This document shows positions 36,763 through 46,200 of a stretch of 64,000 nt of DNA, in pieces. The stretch lies in contig JBDKFG010000016.1 of the NCBI GenBank assembly GCA_039798785.1, positions 8,559 to 72,558 on the forward strand, in the 5' to 3' direction. The first letter of the stretch is position 1. Each line of letters begins with the position of its first letter. The position numbers and the translations under genes are program-made. The notes beneath the pieces were generated by a model. That model was given only the letters and a program-made list of their open reading frames with translations, was not told where the DNA came from and searched no databases. This DNA is from Verrucomicrobiota bacterium (GTDB lineage: Bacteria > Verrucomicrobiota > Lentisphaeria > Lentisphaerales > Lentisphaeraceae).

Positions 36763-37332
36763 TCAACGAATGATTGGCTTAGAGGTGAGCTTTCCAGTTG
36801 TCGACATGCGTTGATAGGAAGCAAACCAAGCAGCGTCCATCTGCTCAAGCTGCTCCGTGCGTTCCGCAAGAGCGGTGTTTAATCGTCGGACTTCGTCAGT
36901 GAGAGATTGAACCTGGTATTCCAGCTGCTCATAGGTGGGTGGAACCACAACCGGTTTTGGTGGATCAGGCCATCGCGCCGCCATCTCTTTCTGAATTCTG
37001 GCATATGGCTCATTCGGATCAACCCAGAGCGAAGTTCGCTTATCGTCGAGATCGTGTAGCTTTCCATATGCGGCGGCTTTTTGATTCTCTTCGCTGACGG
37101 TGTTGATGAATCTTAGAAGTTGGGCTCTGTGATTGGTGTGCTCGACGGCGAATTTCTGCTCTAGCCAGCGCTTCACGGTAGAGGCGCTGACACTGGGCGT
37201 CATCATTTTCGCGAATTTGGCCAAGCTGAGGCGCTTGCGCTTCTTGCCTCCATTTGAGCCTAGCTCCCAGCGCCAAAAGTTGAGGATCGCCGACTCGACA
37301 AGATCTAACTTGCCATCTATTTCAATACCCAT
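36763..37332 (-). CDS. Putative repressor (HTH + coiled coil)
   Basis: LSLAKFAKMMTPSVSASTVKRWLE HTH-like segment; GGAGG RBS; divergent from the xis/rep operon. Confidence 0.55.
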   Translation of the reverse strand: MGIEIDGKLDLVESAILNFWRWELGSNGGKKRKRLSLAKFAKMMTPSVSASTVKRWLEQKFAVEHTNHRAQLLRFINTVSEENQKAAAYGKLHDLDDKRTSLWVDPNEPYARIQKEMAARWPDPPKPVVVPPTYEQLEYQVQSLTDEVRRLNTALAERTEQLEQMDAAWFASYQRMSTTGKLTSKPIIR

Positions 37333-37608
37333 GGTTGCCCTCCGGATTTTCCCATTGCTTGAAGAATGGCATTCATTGCGCTAAAATCAAGGTGATCCCT
37401 TATTGTGTTGCGCAGTTTAAGACGATATATTGCGCTTTGGTTTGCTAAAAATTGGCGCTTATTGCTTTTGGTTTGAGCACAAAAACTAAATTTGCACCAA
37501 CTTAAAAACCTGACTTTCAAGCTTGATTAGAGGCTCTTACATTCATTTACCTGCCAAGCAGCCAGCTTGGCTGAGTAACGCAACGAAAAAAGCAATGGAG
37601 AGCAACAA

Positions 37609-37947
37609 GTGAAGAGAAAAACCGTAAGGAATCATCCCCAGTTCAAGCCAGCAGCAAGTCTTTTGATCTCGCTCGGCTTCATCGACAACTCAGATAAACT
37701 CGCTGACCTGCTCGATGCCTCGCAGCGTCCTGCTGGTCAAGACATCGCCGAGCTCAAGAGCTCCGGTGGCCTGATTCGACTCAACGATGCCGCCGCCAGG
37801 ATCGGCGTCTGTCGTTCGACAATCAAGAATTGGTGTGAATCCAAAATTTTGGTTCGCTGCAAAATCGGCGGCGTCGTTGGCGTGACTCCCGCCAGTCTGG
37901 AGAAAGCCATCAATAGCGGCCTGGTCAGTAAAGACCTTGCCAAATAA
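37609..37947 (+). CDS. Excisionase/AlpA-like HTH protein
   Basis: LIRLNDAAARIGVCRSTIKNWC..KIGG; GGAG RBS. Confidence 0.7.
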   Translation: MKRKTVRNHPQFKPAASLLISLGFIDNSDKLADLLDASQRPAGQDIAELKSSGGLIRLNDAAARIGVCRSTIKNWCESKILVRCKIGGVVGVTPASLEKAINSGLVSKDLAK

Positions 37948-37994
37948 TCGCACCCTGCCAACACCAATCCACCCCCCAATCCCGGAGAATCCCC

Positions 37995-38390
37995 ATGAGC
38001 CATAAACAACGCCGCCCTGCGGCAATCCGAATCCTCAAATCCAGCGATGAGCAGAAGACCCTTCTGCCCCTGGCCCTCAAGTCCTGCGTCATCGAAGAAA
38101 AAGGAGAGGATGGCTCGGTCATCCGTCGAGCCCCTCGCCTTGATGAAGTCGAAGCTGCCCTCAAGGCTTATTTCGCTGCTGTTGATGCTGCCCCCGGCGA
38201 GGAGCCGGTCGCTGCCCTGCCCCGCGTCATGCGGGTTCGTGAAGCGGCCCAAGCTCTTGGCATCGCTGTCGTCACGGTGCGCCTCTGGCTTCGTCTGGGC
38301 CGCCTGCGGAAGGTCCAGCTCAGTGCCGGCGCGGTGGGCGTCTGCGCTGAGGATGTAGCCGCGTTCATCGCCAAAGCCCGGAGGGCCTAA
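37995..38390 (+). CDS. Excisionase-like (HTH_17) protein
   Basis: MRVREAAQALGIAVVTVRLWLRLGRL...EDVAAFI; GGAG RBS. Confidence 0.75.
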   Translation: MSHKQRRPAAIRILKSSDEQKTLLPLALKSCVIEEKGEDGSVIRRAPRLDEVEAALKAYFAAVDAAPGEEPVAALPRVMRVREAAQALGIAVVTVRLWLRLGRLRKVQLSAGAVGVCAEDVAAFIAKARRA

Positions 38391-38393
38391 GCC

Positions 38394-38672
38394 ATGCCAG
38401 AATGTAGCTCGGAAATCTCCGCCACCCTCATCTCCATCGAGACTCAGCTCCTCGACATTCACGAGGCCCTGTGCCGAATTCCCGCCACGGCGGCTCTGGT
38501 GCCGTTGAAAGCCCACCTCATCCACGTGATTGAGTTGCTCATGCACGCTCGCGGAGAGCAGATGCCTTTTCAATTGCGACAAGAGCTCCAGGCTGAGGCA
38601 GGAATTCACTCGTACAAGGTGCGTTCCACAATCGACTGGCCCTGCCCGATCACCGCCGAGGTGAGTCCGTGA
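38394..38672 (+). CDS. Hypothetical protein (element early operon)
   Basis: GGAGG RBS; tightly packed in the operon. Confidence 0.5.
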   Translation: MPECSSEISATLISIETQLLDIHEALCRIPATAALVPLKAHLIHVIELLMHARGEQMPFQLRQELQAEAGIHSYKVRSTIDWPCPITAEVSP

Positions 38673-39001
38673 GCCAGCTATGCACTAAGAAGAAAATCCC
38701 AAACCACAAACCAAGAAAAGTCGCCAAACCGATGAGAACCAAAACCTCACCCAAAAAAGAAGTCGCCAAGGGTGCAACCACGGCGACATCTGTTAACCCT
38801 GGTGGGCCGAACACTCCCAAGGTTAACGCCAAACCCCGAAACCGCAAGTTCTTGAGAAAGCTCGATCCCGCCGAGGCCTTGGCGCAGCTCTCTCTCGAGA
38901 TCGAAAAACTCAAGTGCGAGCATTTGTCCAAGGTCGCGTCACTGCGCCTTCTGAAGCGCCAGGTACGAGCACTGCTCAAGGAGGTCCTCAATGTGCGATA
39001 A
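38669..39001 (+). CDS. Hypothetical basic coiled-coil protein
   Basis: GTGA overlap with the upstream gene; overlaps the next ORF. Confidence 0.5.
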   Translation: MSQLCTKKKIPNHKPRKVAKPMRTKTSPKKEVAKGATTATSVNPGGPNTPKVNAKPRNRKFLRKLDPAEALAQLSLEIEKLKCEHLSKVASLRLLKRQVRALLKEVLNVR

Positions 39002-39308
39002 CCCCGATATGACTGTGGCCGAGCTCCTCATGCCCTTTGATCATGTCCGCCCGCATCCCGATGCCTTTGTTTTCTGGGCCAAGTGCCGGCTGTGTCAGCG
39101 TGAAGATGGCTTGTTGATTTCGATACGCCCCTTCCGCGCCACTTGCAGGAACGCTTGTAAACGCATGGGCATTCTCAAGGATGCCTTCGCGGGGCGGCGA
39201 CTGACTCCGAAGACGCGTCTGGAAGTCATGGACGCCGCTCGGGCTGCCGCCAAGAACCTCAGCGAAGACAGCCGGGAAATTGAGCGATTGACGAGGTGGC
39301 TCCGATGA
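38991..39308 (+). CDS. Zn-binding protein resembling a primase zinc finger
   Basis: AKCRLC...TCRNAC; AGGAGG RBS; ATGA overlap with the helicase. Confidence 0.55.
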   Translation: MCDNPDMTVAELLMPFDHVRPHPDAFVFWAKCRLCQREDGLLISIRPFRATCRNACKRMGILKDAFAGRRLTPKTRLEVMDAARAAAKNLSEDSREIERLTRWLR

Positions 39309-41248
39309 GCATCACCCTCATTGCCGATCACCTCGGCATGGATCCTCACATCCTGGATATCGCCGGCTTCGTCGAGTCCGGCGACATGATCGAGATCCCG
39401 GCGAGGCAAGGTCGACTGCGATTCGGCTGGTGGGACGAGAAAAATGTCATGACCACTCGGCATGATTCATCATTCCCAGTCGTCTCTTGCGAGGCCGTGA
39501 CCGCCTTCTGCAAGTTGGTCGTGACCGATGATTTCGCCAGCTTTTGTCGAATGCGCTTGATTGAGCTTGTAGATCGCGACAAGGCCTCGGGCCTGCGCGT
39601 CATCCTGCTTGGCAAGGGATGGCGCAAGATCCAGCTCGAAGACGCTGTTGCGGCCTGTGGCAGTGGCCAGATTTATGCAACTTCGAAGCGCATCCTCAAG
39701 GAATTGGAGATCTTTAAACCCACTCCATTACCACTCGGTTGGCTGAAGTCATTAGAGAAGATTGGTGTCGATCCAGAAAAACTTGCTGACGCATCGGCTG
39801 CACTGACTCCGGAAATGGCTCCAGTCGCGCAACCAGCAGTGCAAGGTGATTCCTGGTCCAGATTCCGCATTCTGTCGCCTGCCGGCCATCCGGCACTGTT
39901 CTTGACCGTGGGCACTGACAAGGATAGTGGCTTCCTGTTTGATGAGGAGTCAGGGGAATTCGATTTGCAGCAGGCGATCAATCTCCAAGCGGCGAGCCAG
40001 ATGATGCAAGTTGCGACCTGGCGTACCCAAGGAGTCATCGCTCCAGATAGCAACGCGGCGGAGATGATCGGCAGACACACCTTGCGGGTGCGCTCAATTC
40101 TCGGCGACGCCTCGCTGCCGGGGGCAGGTGAAATCCAAGGGAAGGACTACGCCTACAATCCTTACAGAATTCGTGGGCGAGCGCAATTCCATCAGGTCGC
40201 CGCCACCTTTCTGGAGCTCTTCATGCCAGATCCGCGGGATCACGCCTTCCTGCTGCGCTGGCTGAGCTCACTCACCAGCTTGTCGGAGCCTTTACCCGCG
40301 TTCTTCCTGTGGGGCGAGCCGAACAATGGCAAGTCAATGTTCTTAGCTGGGGTCGCCGGTGTCTTTGGAGGCTCGATGAATTACGAGGATTTTGCTCATG
40401 CCGATTTCCGCGAGCCGCTGCTGCGCACCCCTTGCATCATCGGCGAGGAGATCACTGTCAGTGGCAAAAAGGCGGCCGCGGAACACCTCAGCCTGATCAA
40501 GTCAAGCACTACAGGCGCGACGCTTACGGTCAACCTCAAGCATCGACCTGCTGTCATCATCCGAGAAGCACGCTTGCGCTTCGTCTTCGCCGCCAATGAT
40601 CAAAAGATGCTGGCCAGCCTCTACAGATCAGTAAAAGGCGAGGCCATCTCATTGCGTGCCTTTGCCATGCGAGTCATGATCCTCAAGCACAACAATTGCG
40701 GCGAGGCCGTGCGGAGTCTCTTGATCTCGTTCTTCTCTCAGACCCCCAGTCATCAACGCCAAGCGGCCTTTCAGCGCTGCCTGACTGAGCACTTCCTTTG
40801 GCTCTGCGAACATCGCAAAAGCCAAGAGGAAGCCGAGGCGTCTGGACTCGTGAACGACCCTCGAATGGCGGTGCTTCAGCCATTGGATGAGATCATAGGC
40901 AAACTCAAGACGGCGGCTGATTTAGGAGGGGGTTCAGATCAACGCGCAAGTGCCTTTGTGGCGGACATCGGCTTGATGGCGGAAAGTGCTCTTGTTGACG
41001 GCCGATCCGGTCGCGGGCGGGATTACGTCTTGTGCTCTCTGGCGCGAACCGGCCGGGTCTCACTGAATCAGATCTGGGTAGAGTCCAATGCGCCGCCAGG
41101 TGTACCACTTGATGAAATCACAGCTGCATTGATCGCCGCCGGCTGGGCCAAGGAGCAGGTTAGGGTGGAGGGCGAACATGGAAAGCGCTACGCGTGGTCT
41201 AGGACTCTCAGCTTGCCCGACTTCGACCCTCGTGAGGATGTCTGGTAA
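39305..41248 (+). CDS. Replication protein with SF3 (D5/DUF5906-like) helicase domain
   Basis: Walker A LWGEPNNGKS, Walker B IIGEE, IKSSTTG..LTVNLKH and motif C FVFAAN. Confidence 0.8.
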   Translation: MSITLIADHLGMDPHILDIAGFVESGDMIEIPARQGRLRFGWWDEKNVMTTRHDSSFPVVSCEAVTAFCKLVVTDDFASFCRMRLIELVDRDKASGLRVILLGKGWRKIQLEDAVAACGSGQIYATSKRILKELEIFKPTPLPLGWLKSLEKIGVDPEKLADASAALTPEMAPVAQPAVQGDSWSRFRILSPAGHPALFLTVGTDKDSGFLFDEESGEFDLQQAINLQAASQMMQVATWRTQGVIAPDSNAAEMIGRHTLRVRSILGDASLPGAGEIQGKDYAYNPYRIRGRAQFHQVAATFLELFMPDPRDHAFLLRWLSSLTSLSEPLPAFFLWGEPNNGKSMFLAGVAGVFGGSMNYEDFAHADFREPLLRTPCIIGEEITVSGKKAAAEHLSLIKSSTTGATLTVNLKHRPAVIIREARLRFVFAANDQKMLASLYRSVKGEAISLRAFAMRVMILKHNNCGEAVRSLLISFFSQTPSHQRQAAFQRCLTEHFLWLCEHRKSQEEAEASGLVNDPRMAVLQPLDEIIGKLKTAADLGGGSDQRASAFVADIGLMAESALVDGRSGRGRDYVLCSLARTGRVSLNQIWVESNAPPGVPLDEITAALIAAGWAKEQVRVEGEHGKRYAWSRTLSLPDFDPREDVW

Positions 41249-41299
41249 ACCATCTCGAAAACCCGCCCCAGCTGGATCACCTAGCTGGGGCGCTAATTT

Positions 41300-41420
41300 G
41301 CAAGTCATTGCAAAATCCGCCTTTTGCCTACTTCGCCTAATCCTTGCCTAGTCCTGTTTTAGGTAAAACAGCATTGAAGCGTCAATGACTTAAATCAAAT
41401 GCCTAATTGCCTAATCCGAT
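41300..41420. other. Putative replication origin (iterons + inverted repeats)
   Basis: GCCTA at 41326, 41335, 41346, 41401 and 41409; AAGTCATTG/CAATGACTT inverted pair; CTGTTTT/AAAACAG palindrome; directly after the helicase gene. Confidence 0.6.
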
Positions 41421-41516
41421 TCTGCTCTTTCTCTCTTATAGTTCTTATCTCTTCCCTTGATCATGCCCATTGAAGCCTTAGCCTATGGGAACCATAAGTA
41501 ACAAAAGGATCGCATC

Positions 41517-44078
41517 ATGCCTCTTCTGACCGCCATCAAGCCCTTTGCCATCGTTCAAGGCAGCCCCTTCAAGCTCGCCGCCGGGCTCTTTACCCTCGAT
41601 GCCTCGGTTGACTCTCTCGATATCACCGTTTCCGGCGGTCTTCTGTATTCCGGTGCTAGCGCTCTGGGCGTCACGGCAAGATGCACGCTGGCGGATCTCA
41701 AACTCGGCAAGATCAGCTTTGTCGCCGATGGCATCACGATGCCGGCCTTCTCGATTGCCGCAGTCAGCGGCTCCAGCCGCTCCGATGAAGCGGCGGCACC
41801 CGTCTCCTTCAAGACGGTCAATCAGGCGCCGATCACTGCCAGCCTTGGCCTGGGTTCAGAATCGGCGTCGCTCAAGAATGGCGGCACCCTCATCCTCGAC
41901 CGCTCGATGATCACCATCAGTGACGCCGAAACCCCGGACGCGACCAACATCAATCTCAAGGTCGTCAAGGTCAGTGGCGGCGCCTTCTACCTCAACGGCA
42001 AGATCGCCAAGGCCTTCAGTCTCGATGATGTCGAAGCCGGATCGGTGCTCTTCCGCCACGATGGCAAAGGCCTCAAGCCGAGCTTCAGTCTGCAAGCGGT
42101 CGATAGCGATGGCAAAGCCGCCACAGCGACTGTAGCGAATGTTGCTAAGGTCTACTTCGATGCAGGCATCCAAGGATCAGGTGCATTTGTGATGCACGCC
42201 CTCGCCGGTGGCCAGATCACCCTCACCGAAGGGGCCACCCTTAAACTGACCTCGGCCATGCTGCCGGTCAACGCCCTGGCCCTGAACCTTGCGGCCAATG
42301 CGGTCGACGCCCTTGTTTGCAGGGTCGATGGATCGCAAAACCTCGTCGTCAAAGTCGCTGGCGTCGAAACCGACAGCTTCACCATTGCCCAGCTCAAGGC
42401 CGGCCAGGTCACGATTGTTCATGATGGCTCGCAGTCCGGCCCCAGGCTTGACCTCAGCCTTCTCTCAGGCGAGACGGTCCTGGATCAGATCCATCTGCCC
42501 TTCCTCTTCAAGACGGTCAACGATCTGCCTACGCTCAGCCTCTCGGAATTGGATCTTGGCAGCGCTTCGAGCCAAGTGCTCGACACCGGGCTCTTTGAGG
42601 TCGCCGACGAAGAAACACCGCTCTCGCTCAATGGCGCCTTCCAATTCACCGTCAAGAGCGCCACTGGTCTGGAGTTCCACCGCAGCGGTCAAAGCGCCGT
42701 CATCACCAAATTCAGCTACCAGGAAGTTGAGGACGGCCTGATCAGCGCCCACAAAACCGGCGCGAGCAGCGCGTCCTACACCCTCGCCGTCTCTGATCCC
42801 AGCGGCAAGACCTCCGCCATTGCCCAAGGCACAGTCAATCTGAATGCGCCTACAACGCCCCCACCCTCCACCGTTCAAGGACTCAACATCTCGCTCAAGG
42901 AAGGGCCGGAGGCCGTGGTTGGCGGCGATGGCGACGACAGCTTCTTCGCTTACGGCTCTTGGCTCAACAGCTTCGACCGCATCTACGGCGGCAAGGGGCA
43001 GGATACGCTCTATTATGAGAATTATCGAGATTTGAAGCAATCCGATTACGTAGTTACTCCCTACGCATCATCAGTTGAAGCATTGGAAATCACTTCCGGA
43101 CCCGTCAGTGATGGATATTGGTACACTGCCAACCTAAGCTTGGCTCGCATGGCCGATACTAAAGAGATCCGAGTGCATAACGGATATGCCCATGTCACCG
43201 AGGCTCTTGATCTTCGCAAAGTCAGCATTGAGAACGGCGAGCTTCAACTCGCGATCAGTGGACGACAGATTGATCGGGCAAATGATGCCTTTGATTTTGA
43301 AGTCTCAGGAGAGTGCTCCCTTGGATTGAGTTTGGCCTCGGATGTTTTTGGCAAATATTCCAACTACAAAATTGAAACACTAAATATTAGCGCGAACGAA
43401 AAACCTAGTTCCATTTCCATCGGTGGTGAGGTGCTTTCGTCTTTAAATCTCATTAACCTAAGCGGCGACGCCAAAATTCAGCTTAGCGGCGTCTTCTTCG
43501 AAGAACTTGATGCCAGCGGGATGACGGGTGCAGTAGAAATGATTCACTGGAACCACAATAATGTCAAGATCAGCGGCGGCTCCGGCAACGACATCTTATT
43601 TGGGAGTCAAGGGCCGAAGGGAGATTCAGAGGACCAAATCAGCGGCGGGGCTGGAGATGATGTGATCCGTCTTGGAGTCTATGGACACGATTTGATTTCA
43701 GGCGGCGTAGGACGAGATCTCTTTGCCTTCCTGAGTCACTACGGATATTCTGAACTCACGACTGACCCTCTTGCCACCATCACCGACTTTAATGCCGCCG
43801 AGGACAGGATACTCAGTCCCGATGTGGTGGTTCATTCCGTCGCCTCCTATCAGTTCGCCGGCTCCACCTACAGCCAGTTTCTCGAAAACGCCAAAACTTC
43901 GTCGTACTCCGCGAATTCGGCCAACCTGCTGCTCAATACCACGACGCAAGAGACTTATCTATTGATGAATAATTCCTACACCCACATCGAAGCCGCAGAT
44001 TTGATCTTGAATATCACCGGCTACACCGGCACCTTCAGCACCGCCAACTTCGTCACCTCGGATATCAACGTTCACTGA
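41517..44078 (+). CDS. Cadherin-like (CSPG-type) repeat + RTX Ca-binding surface protein, probable T1SS substrate
   Basis: Repeated F(S/T)..D...G.V.F.HDG..P.F.L modules; GGxGxD nonapeptides (GGDGDD, GGKGQD, GGSGND, GGAGDD, GGVGRD); ITDF..AEDRI; no Sec signal; AAGGA RBS. Confidence 0.75.
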   Translation: MPLLTAIKPFAIVQGSPFKLAAGLFTLDASVDSLDITVSGGLLYSGASALGVTARCTLADLKLGKISFVADGITMPAFSIAAVSGSSRSDEAAAPVSFKTVNQAPITASLGLGSESASLKNGGTLILDRSMITISDAETPDATNINLKVVKVSGGAFYLNGKIAKAFSLDDVEAGSVLFRHDGKGLKPSFSLQAVDSDGKAATATVANVAKVYFDAGIQGSGAFVMHALAGGQITLTEGATLKLTSAMLPVNALALNLAANAVDALVCRVDGSQNLVVKVAGVETDSFTIAQLKAGQVTIVHDGSQSGPRLDLSLLSGETVLDQIHLPFLFKTVNDLPTLSLSELDLGSASSQVLDTGLFEVADEETPLSLNGAFQFTVKSATGLEFHRSGQSAVITKFSYQEVEDGLISAHKTGASSASYTLAVSDPSGKTSAIAQGTVNLNAPTTPPPSTVQGLNISLKEGPEAVVGGDGDDSFFAYGSWLNSFDRIYGGKGQDTLYYENYRDLKQSDYVVTPYASSVEALEITSGPVSDGYWYTANLSLARMADTKEIRVHNGYAHVTEALDLRKVSIENGELQLAISGRQIDRANDAFDFEVSGECSLGLSLASDVFGKYSNYKIETLNISANEKPSSISIGGEVLSSLNLINLSGDAKIQLSGVFFEELDASGMTGAVEMIHWNHNNVKISGGSGNDILFGSQGPKGDSEDQISGGAGDDVIRLGVYGHDLISGGVGRDLFAFLSHYGYSELTTDPLATITDFNAAEDRILSPDVVVHSVASYQFAGSTYSQFLENAKTSSYSANSANLLLNTTTQETYLLMNNSYTHIEAADLILNITGYTGTFSTANFVTSDINVH

Positions 44079-44086
44079 CCTCATGG

Positions 44087-44127
44087 CCTCCTCCTCTTGC
44101 GTCCAGCGCAAAAAGGCGGAGGCTTTT
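44087..44127 (+). terminator. Intrinsic terminator
   Basis: GCCTCC...GGAGGC stem followed by TTTT. Confidence 0.6.
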
Positions 44128-44259
44128 GATGACCTGGAACGTCAAAATGTCGCAGGTCTCCCTCTATGCTGCGGCTGGGTGGCTTTGCCGGAAGCCTCCC
44201 CTAAATGCCTCTCAGTGTGCTATGGTAAGCAGTTCAACATTACATAAGGCCCGACAAGC

Positions 44260-46059
44260 ATGTCATCCGATCTCTTCCTCGCCACCCTCACCCAGCTCGG
44301 CGGCACCGCCGGCAACGGCAAGCTCCAATCCAGCCTCGGCTGGGATGAAGCCCAGTACGAAGCGATCAAGTCCGAGCTGCTCAGCGCCGGCAAGATCGTC
44401 ACCGGACGCGGACGCGGCGGCTCGGTCATCCTCAAGGATGCGCCAGAGACAGCCCAAGAATCCCTTCCCGGCCTCGAAGCCGCGCCCAAGGAACCCAAGG
44501 TGAAGGCCGAGCGCTCGGTCAAGGAAGCCCCCGCCAAGAAGGACACGACCGCCAACCTCGGCTTCGAGGCCAAGCTCTGGCTCGCCGCCGACAAGCTGCG
44601 CAACAACATGGACGCCGCCGAGTACAAACACGTCGTCCTCGGCCTCATCTTCCTCAAGTACATCTCCGACTCCTTCGAGGACAAGAAGAACGCCATCCTC
44701 GCCGCCGGCGACGACCCCGAGGATCCCGATGAATACCGCGCCGTCAACGTCTTCTGGGTGCCGCAAGAGGCCCGCTGGTCGAAGCTCCAGGGCAGCGCCA
44801 AGGATCCCGCCATTGGCAAGATCGTCGACGACGCCATGGTCGCCCTCGAACGCGACAACCCGCGCCTCAAAGGCTCGCTCAACAAGAGTTACGGCCGCCC
44901 CGACCTCGACAAGCAGCGCCTCGGCGAACTCATCGACCTGATCGGCTCGATCCAGCTCATCGACGCCGCCAACCGCTCCAAGGACATCCTCGGCCGCGTC
45001 TTCGAATACTTCCTCACCATGTTCGCCTCCGCCGAAGGCAAGAACGGCGGCCAGTTCTACACCCCCTCCTGCATCGTCCGCCTCCTCGTCGAAATGCTCG
45101 CCCCCTACAAAGGCCGCATCTACGACCCGGCCTGCGGCTCCGGCGGCATGTTCGTCCAGTCCGAACGCTTCGTCGAAGAGCACGGCGGCCGCCTCGGCGA
45201 CATCGCCATCTACGGCCAGGAATCCAACCCCACCACCCGCCGCCTCGCTATCATGAACCTCGCCATCCGCGGCATCGAGGCGGACTTCGGCACGGAACAC
45301 GCCGACACCTTCAAGAACGACCTGCACAAGGACCTCCGCGCCGACTTCGTCATCGCCAACCCGCCCTTCAACGACTCGGACTGGTTCCGCAAGGACGACG
45401 ACGTCCGCTGGCAGTACGGCGTGCCGCCCAAGGGCAACGCCAACTTCGCCTGGGTGCAGCACTTCATCCACCACCTCGCCCCGGGCGGCCACGCGGGCTT
45501 CGTCCTCGCCAACGGCTCGATGTCCTCCAACCAGTCCGGCGAAGGCGAGATCCGCCAGGCCCTCATCGAGGCCGACCTCGTCGACTGCATGGTCGCCCTC
45601 CCCGGCCAGCTCTTCTACTCCACCCAGATCCCCGTCTGCCTCTGGTTCCTCGCCAAGAACAAAAACGACGGCAAACGCCGCGACCGCCGCAAACAGACGC
45701 TCTTCATCGACGCCCGCAAAATGGGCTCGATGGTCTCCCGCGTCAACCGCGAGCTCACCATCGACGACATCGCCAAGATCGCCAGCACCTACCACGCCTG
45801 GCGCGGTGACGCGGGCACCTCCCAAGCCTACGCCGACATCCCCGGCTACTGCAAATCCGCCACCACCGCCGAGATCAAGGCGCACGGCTTCGTCCTCACC
45901 CCCGGCCGCTACGTCGGCGCCGAAGAAGTCGAAGACGACGGCGAAGCCTTCGAACCGAAGATGAAACGCCTCGTCGCCGAACTCAAAGCCCAGTTCGCCG
46001 AATCCGCCCGCCTCGAAGCCGAAATCACAGCCAACCTCAAGGGGCTGGGTTATGAGTGA
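44260..46059 (+). CDS. hsdM: Type I R-M methyltransferase subunit M with N-terminal wHTH-like extension
   Basis: [26 protein letters not shown] and NPPF motifs. Confidence 0.95.
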   Translation: MSSDLFLATLTQLGGTAGNGKLQSSLGWDEAQYEAIKSELLSAGKIVTGRGRGGSVILKDAPETAQESLPGLEAAPKEPKVKAERSVKEAPAKKDTTANLGFEAKLWLAADKLRNNMDAAEYKHVVLGLIFLKYISDSFEDKKNAILAAGDDPEDPDEYRAVNVFWVPQEARWSKLQGSAKDPAIGKIVDDAMVALERDNPRLKGSLNKSYGRPDLDKQRLGELIDLIGSIQLIDAANRSKDILGRVFEYFLTMFASAEGKNGGQFYTPSCIVRLLVEMLAPYKGRIYDPACGSGGMFVQSERFVEEHGGRLGDIAIYGQESNPTTRRLAIMNLAIRGIEADFGTEHADTFKNDLHKDLRADFVIANPPFNDSDWFRKDDDVRWQYGVPPKGNANFAWVQHFIHHLAPGGHAGFVLANGSMSSNQSGEGEIRQALIEADLVDCMVALPGQLFYSTQIPVCLWFLAKNKNDGKRRDRRKQTLFIDARKMGSMVSRVNRELTIDDIAKIASTYHAWRGDAGTSQAYADIPGYCKSATTAEIKAHGFVLTPGRYVGAEEVEDDGEAFEPKMKRLVAELKAQFAESARLEAEITANLKGLGYE

Positions 46060-46062
46060 GCC

Positions 46063-46181
46063 CCTGGGAGCGCGGCAGTCCCCTGCCGCCCTTAAACCCC
46101 GCACCCCTCCTCCCGGGAGCGCGAAGCTCCAGCTTCGCCCCAAACGCTCGCTCCCCCGGGAGCGCGCATGTCCACATGCGC
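46063..46181 (+). repeat. REP-like cluster 1 (3 hairpin units)
   Basis: CCYGGGAGC + 7-bp perfect stem + TCC(A/C) loop at 46066, 46115 and 46158. Confidence 0.85.
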
Positions 46182-46200
46182 TACGCTCGGGAGGCCGGGT

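Noticed and set aside
46168..46200. Upstream ATG as the hsdS start
   Set aside because: It lies inside a REP hairpin; ATG 46201 has a GGAGG RBS and gives a typical MSEW HsdS N-terminus
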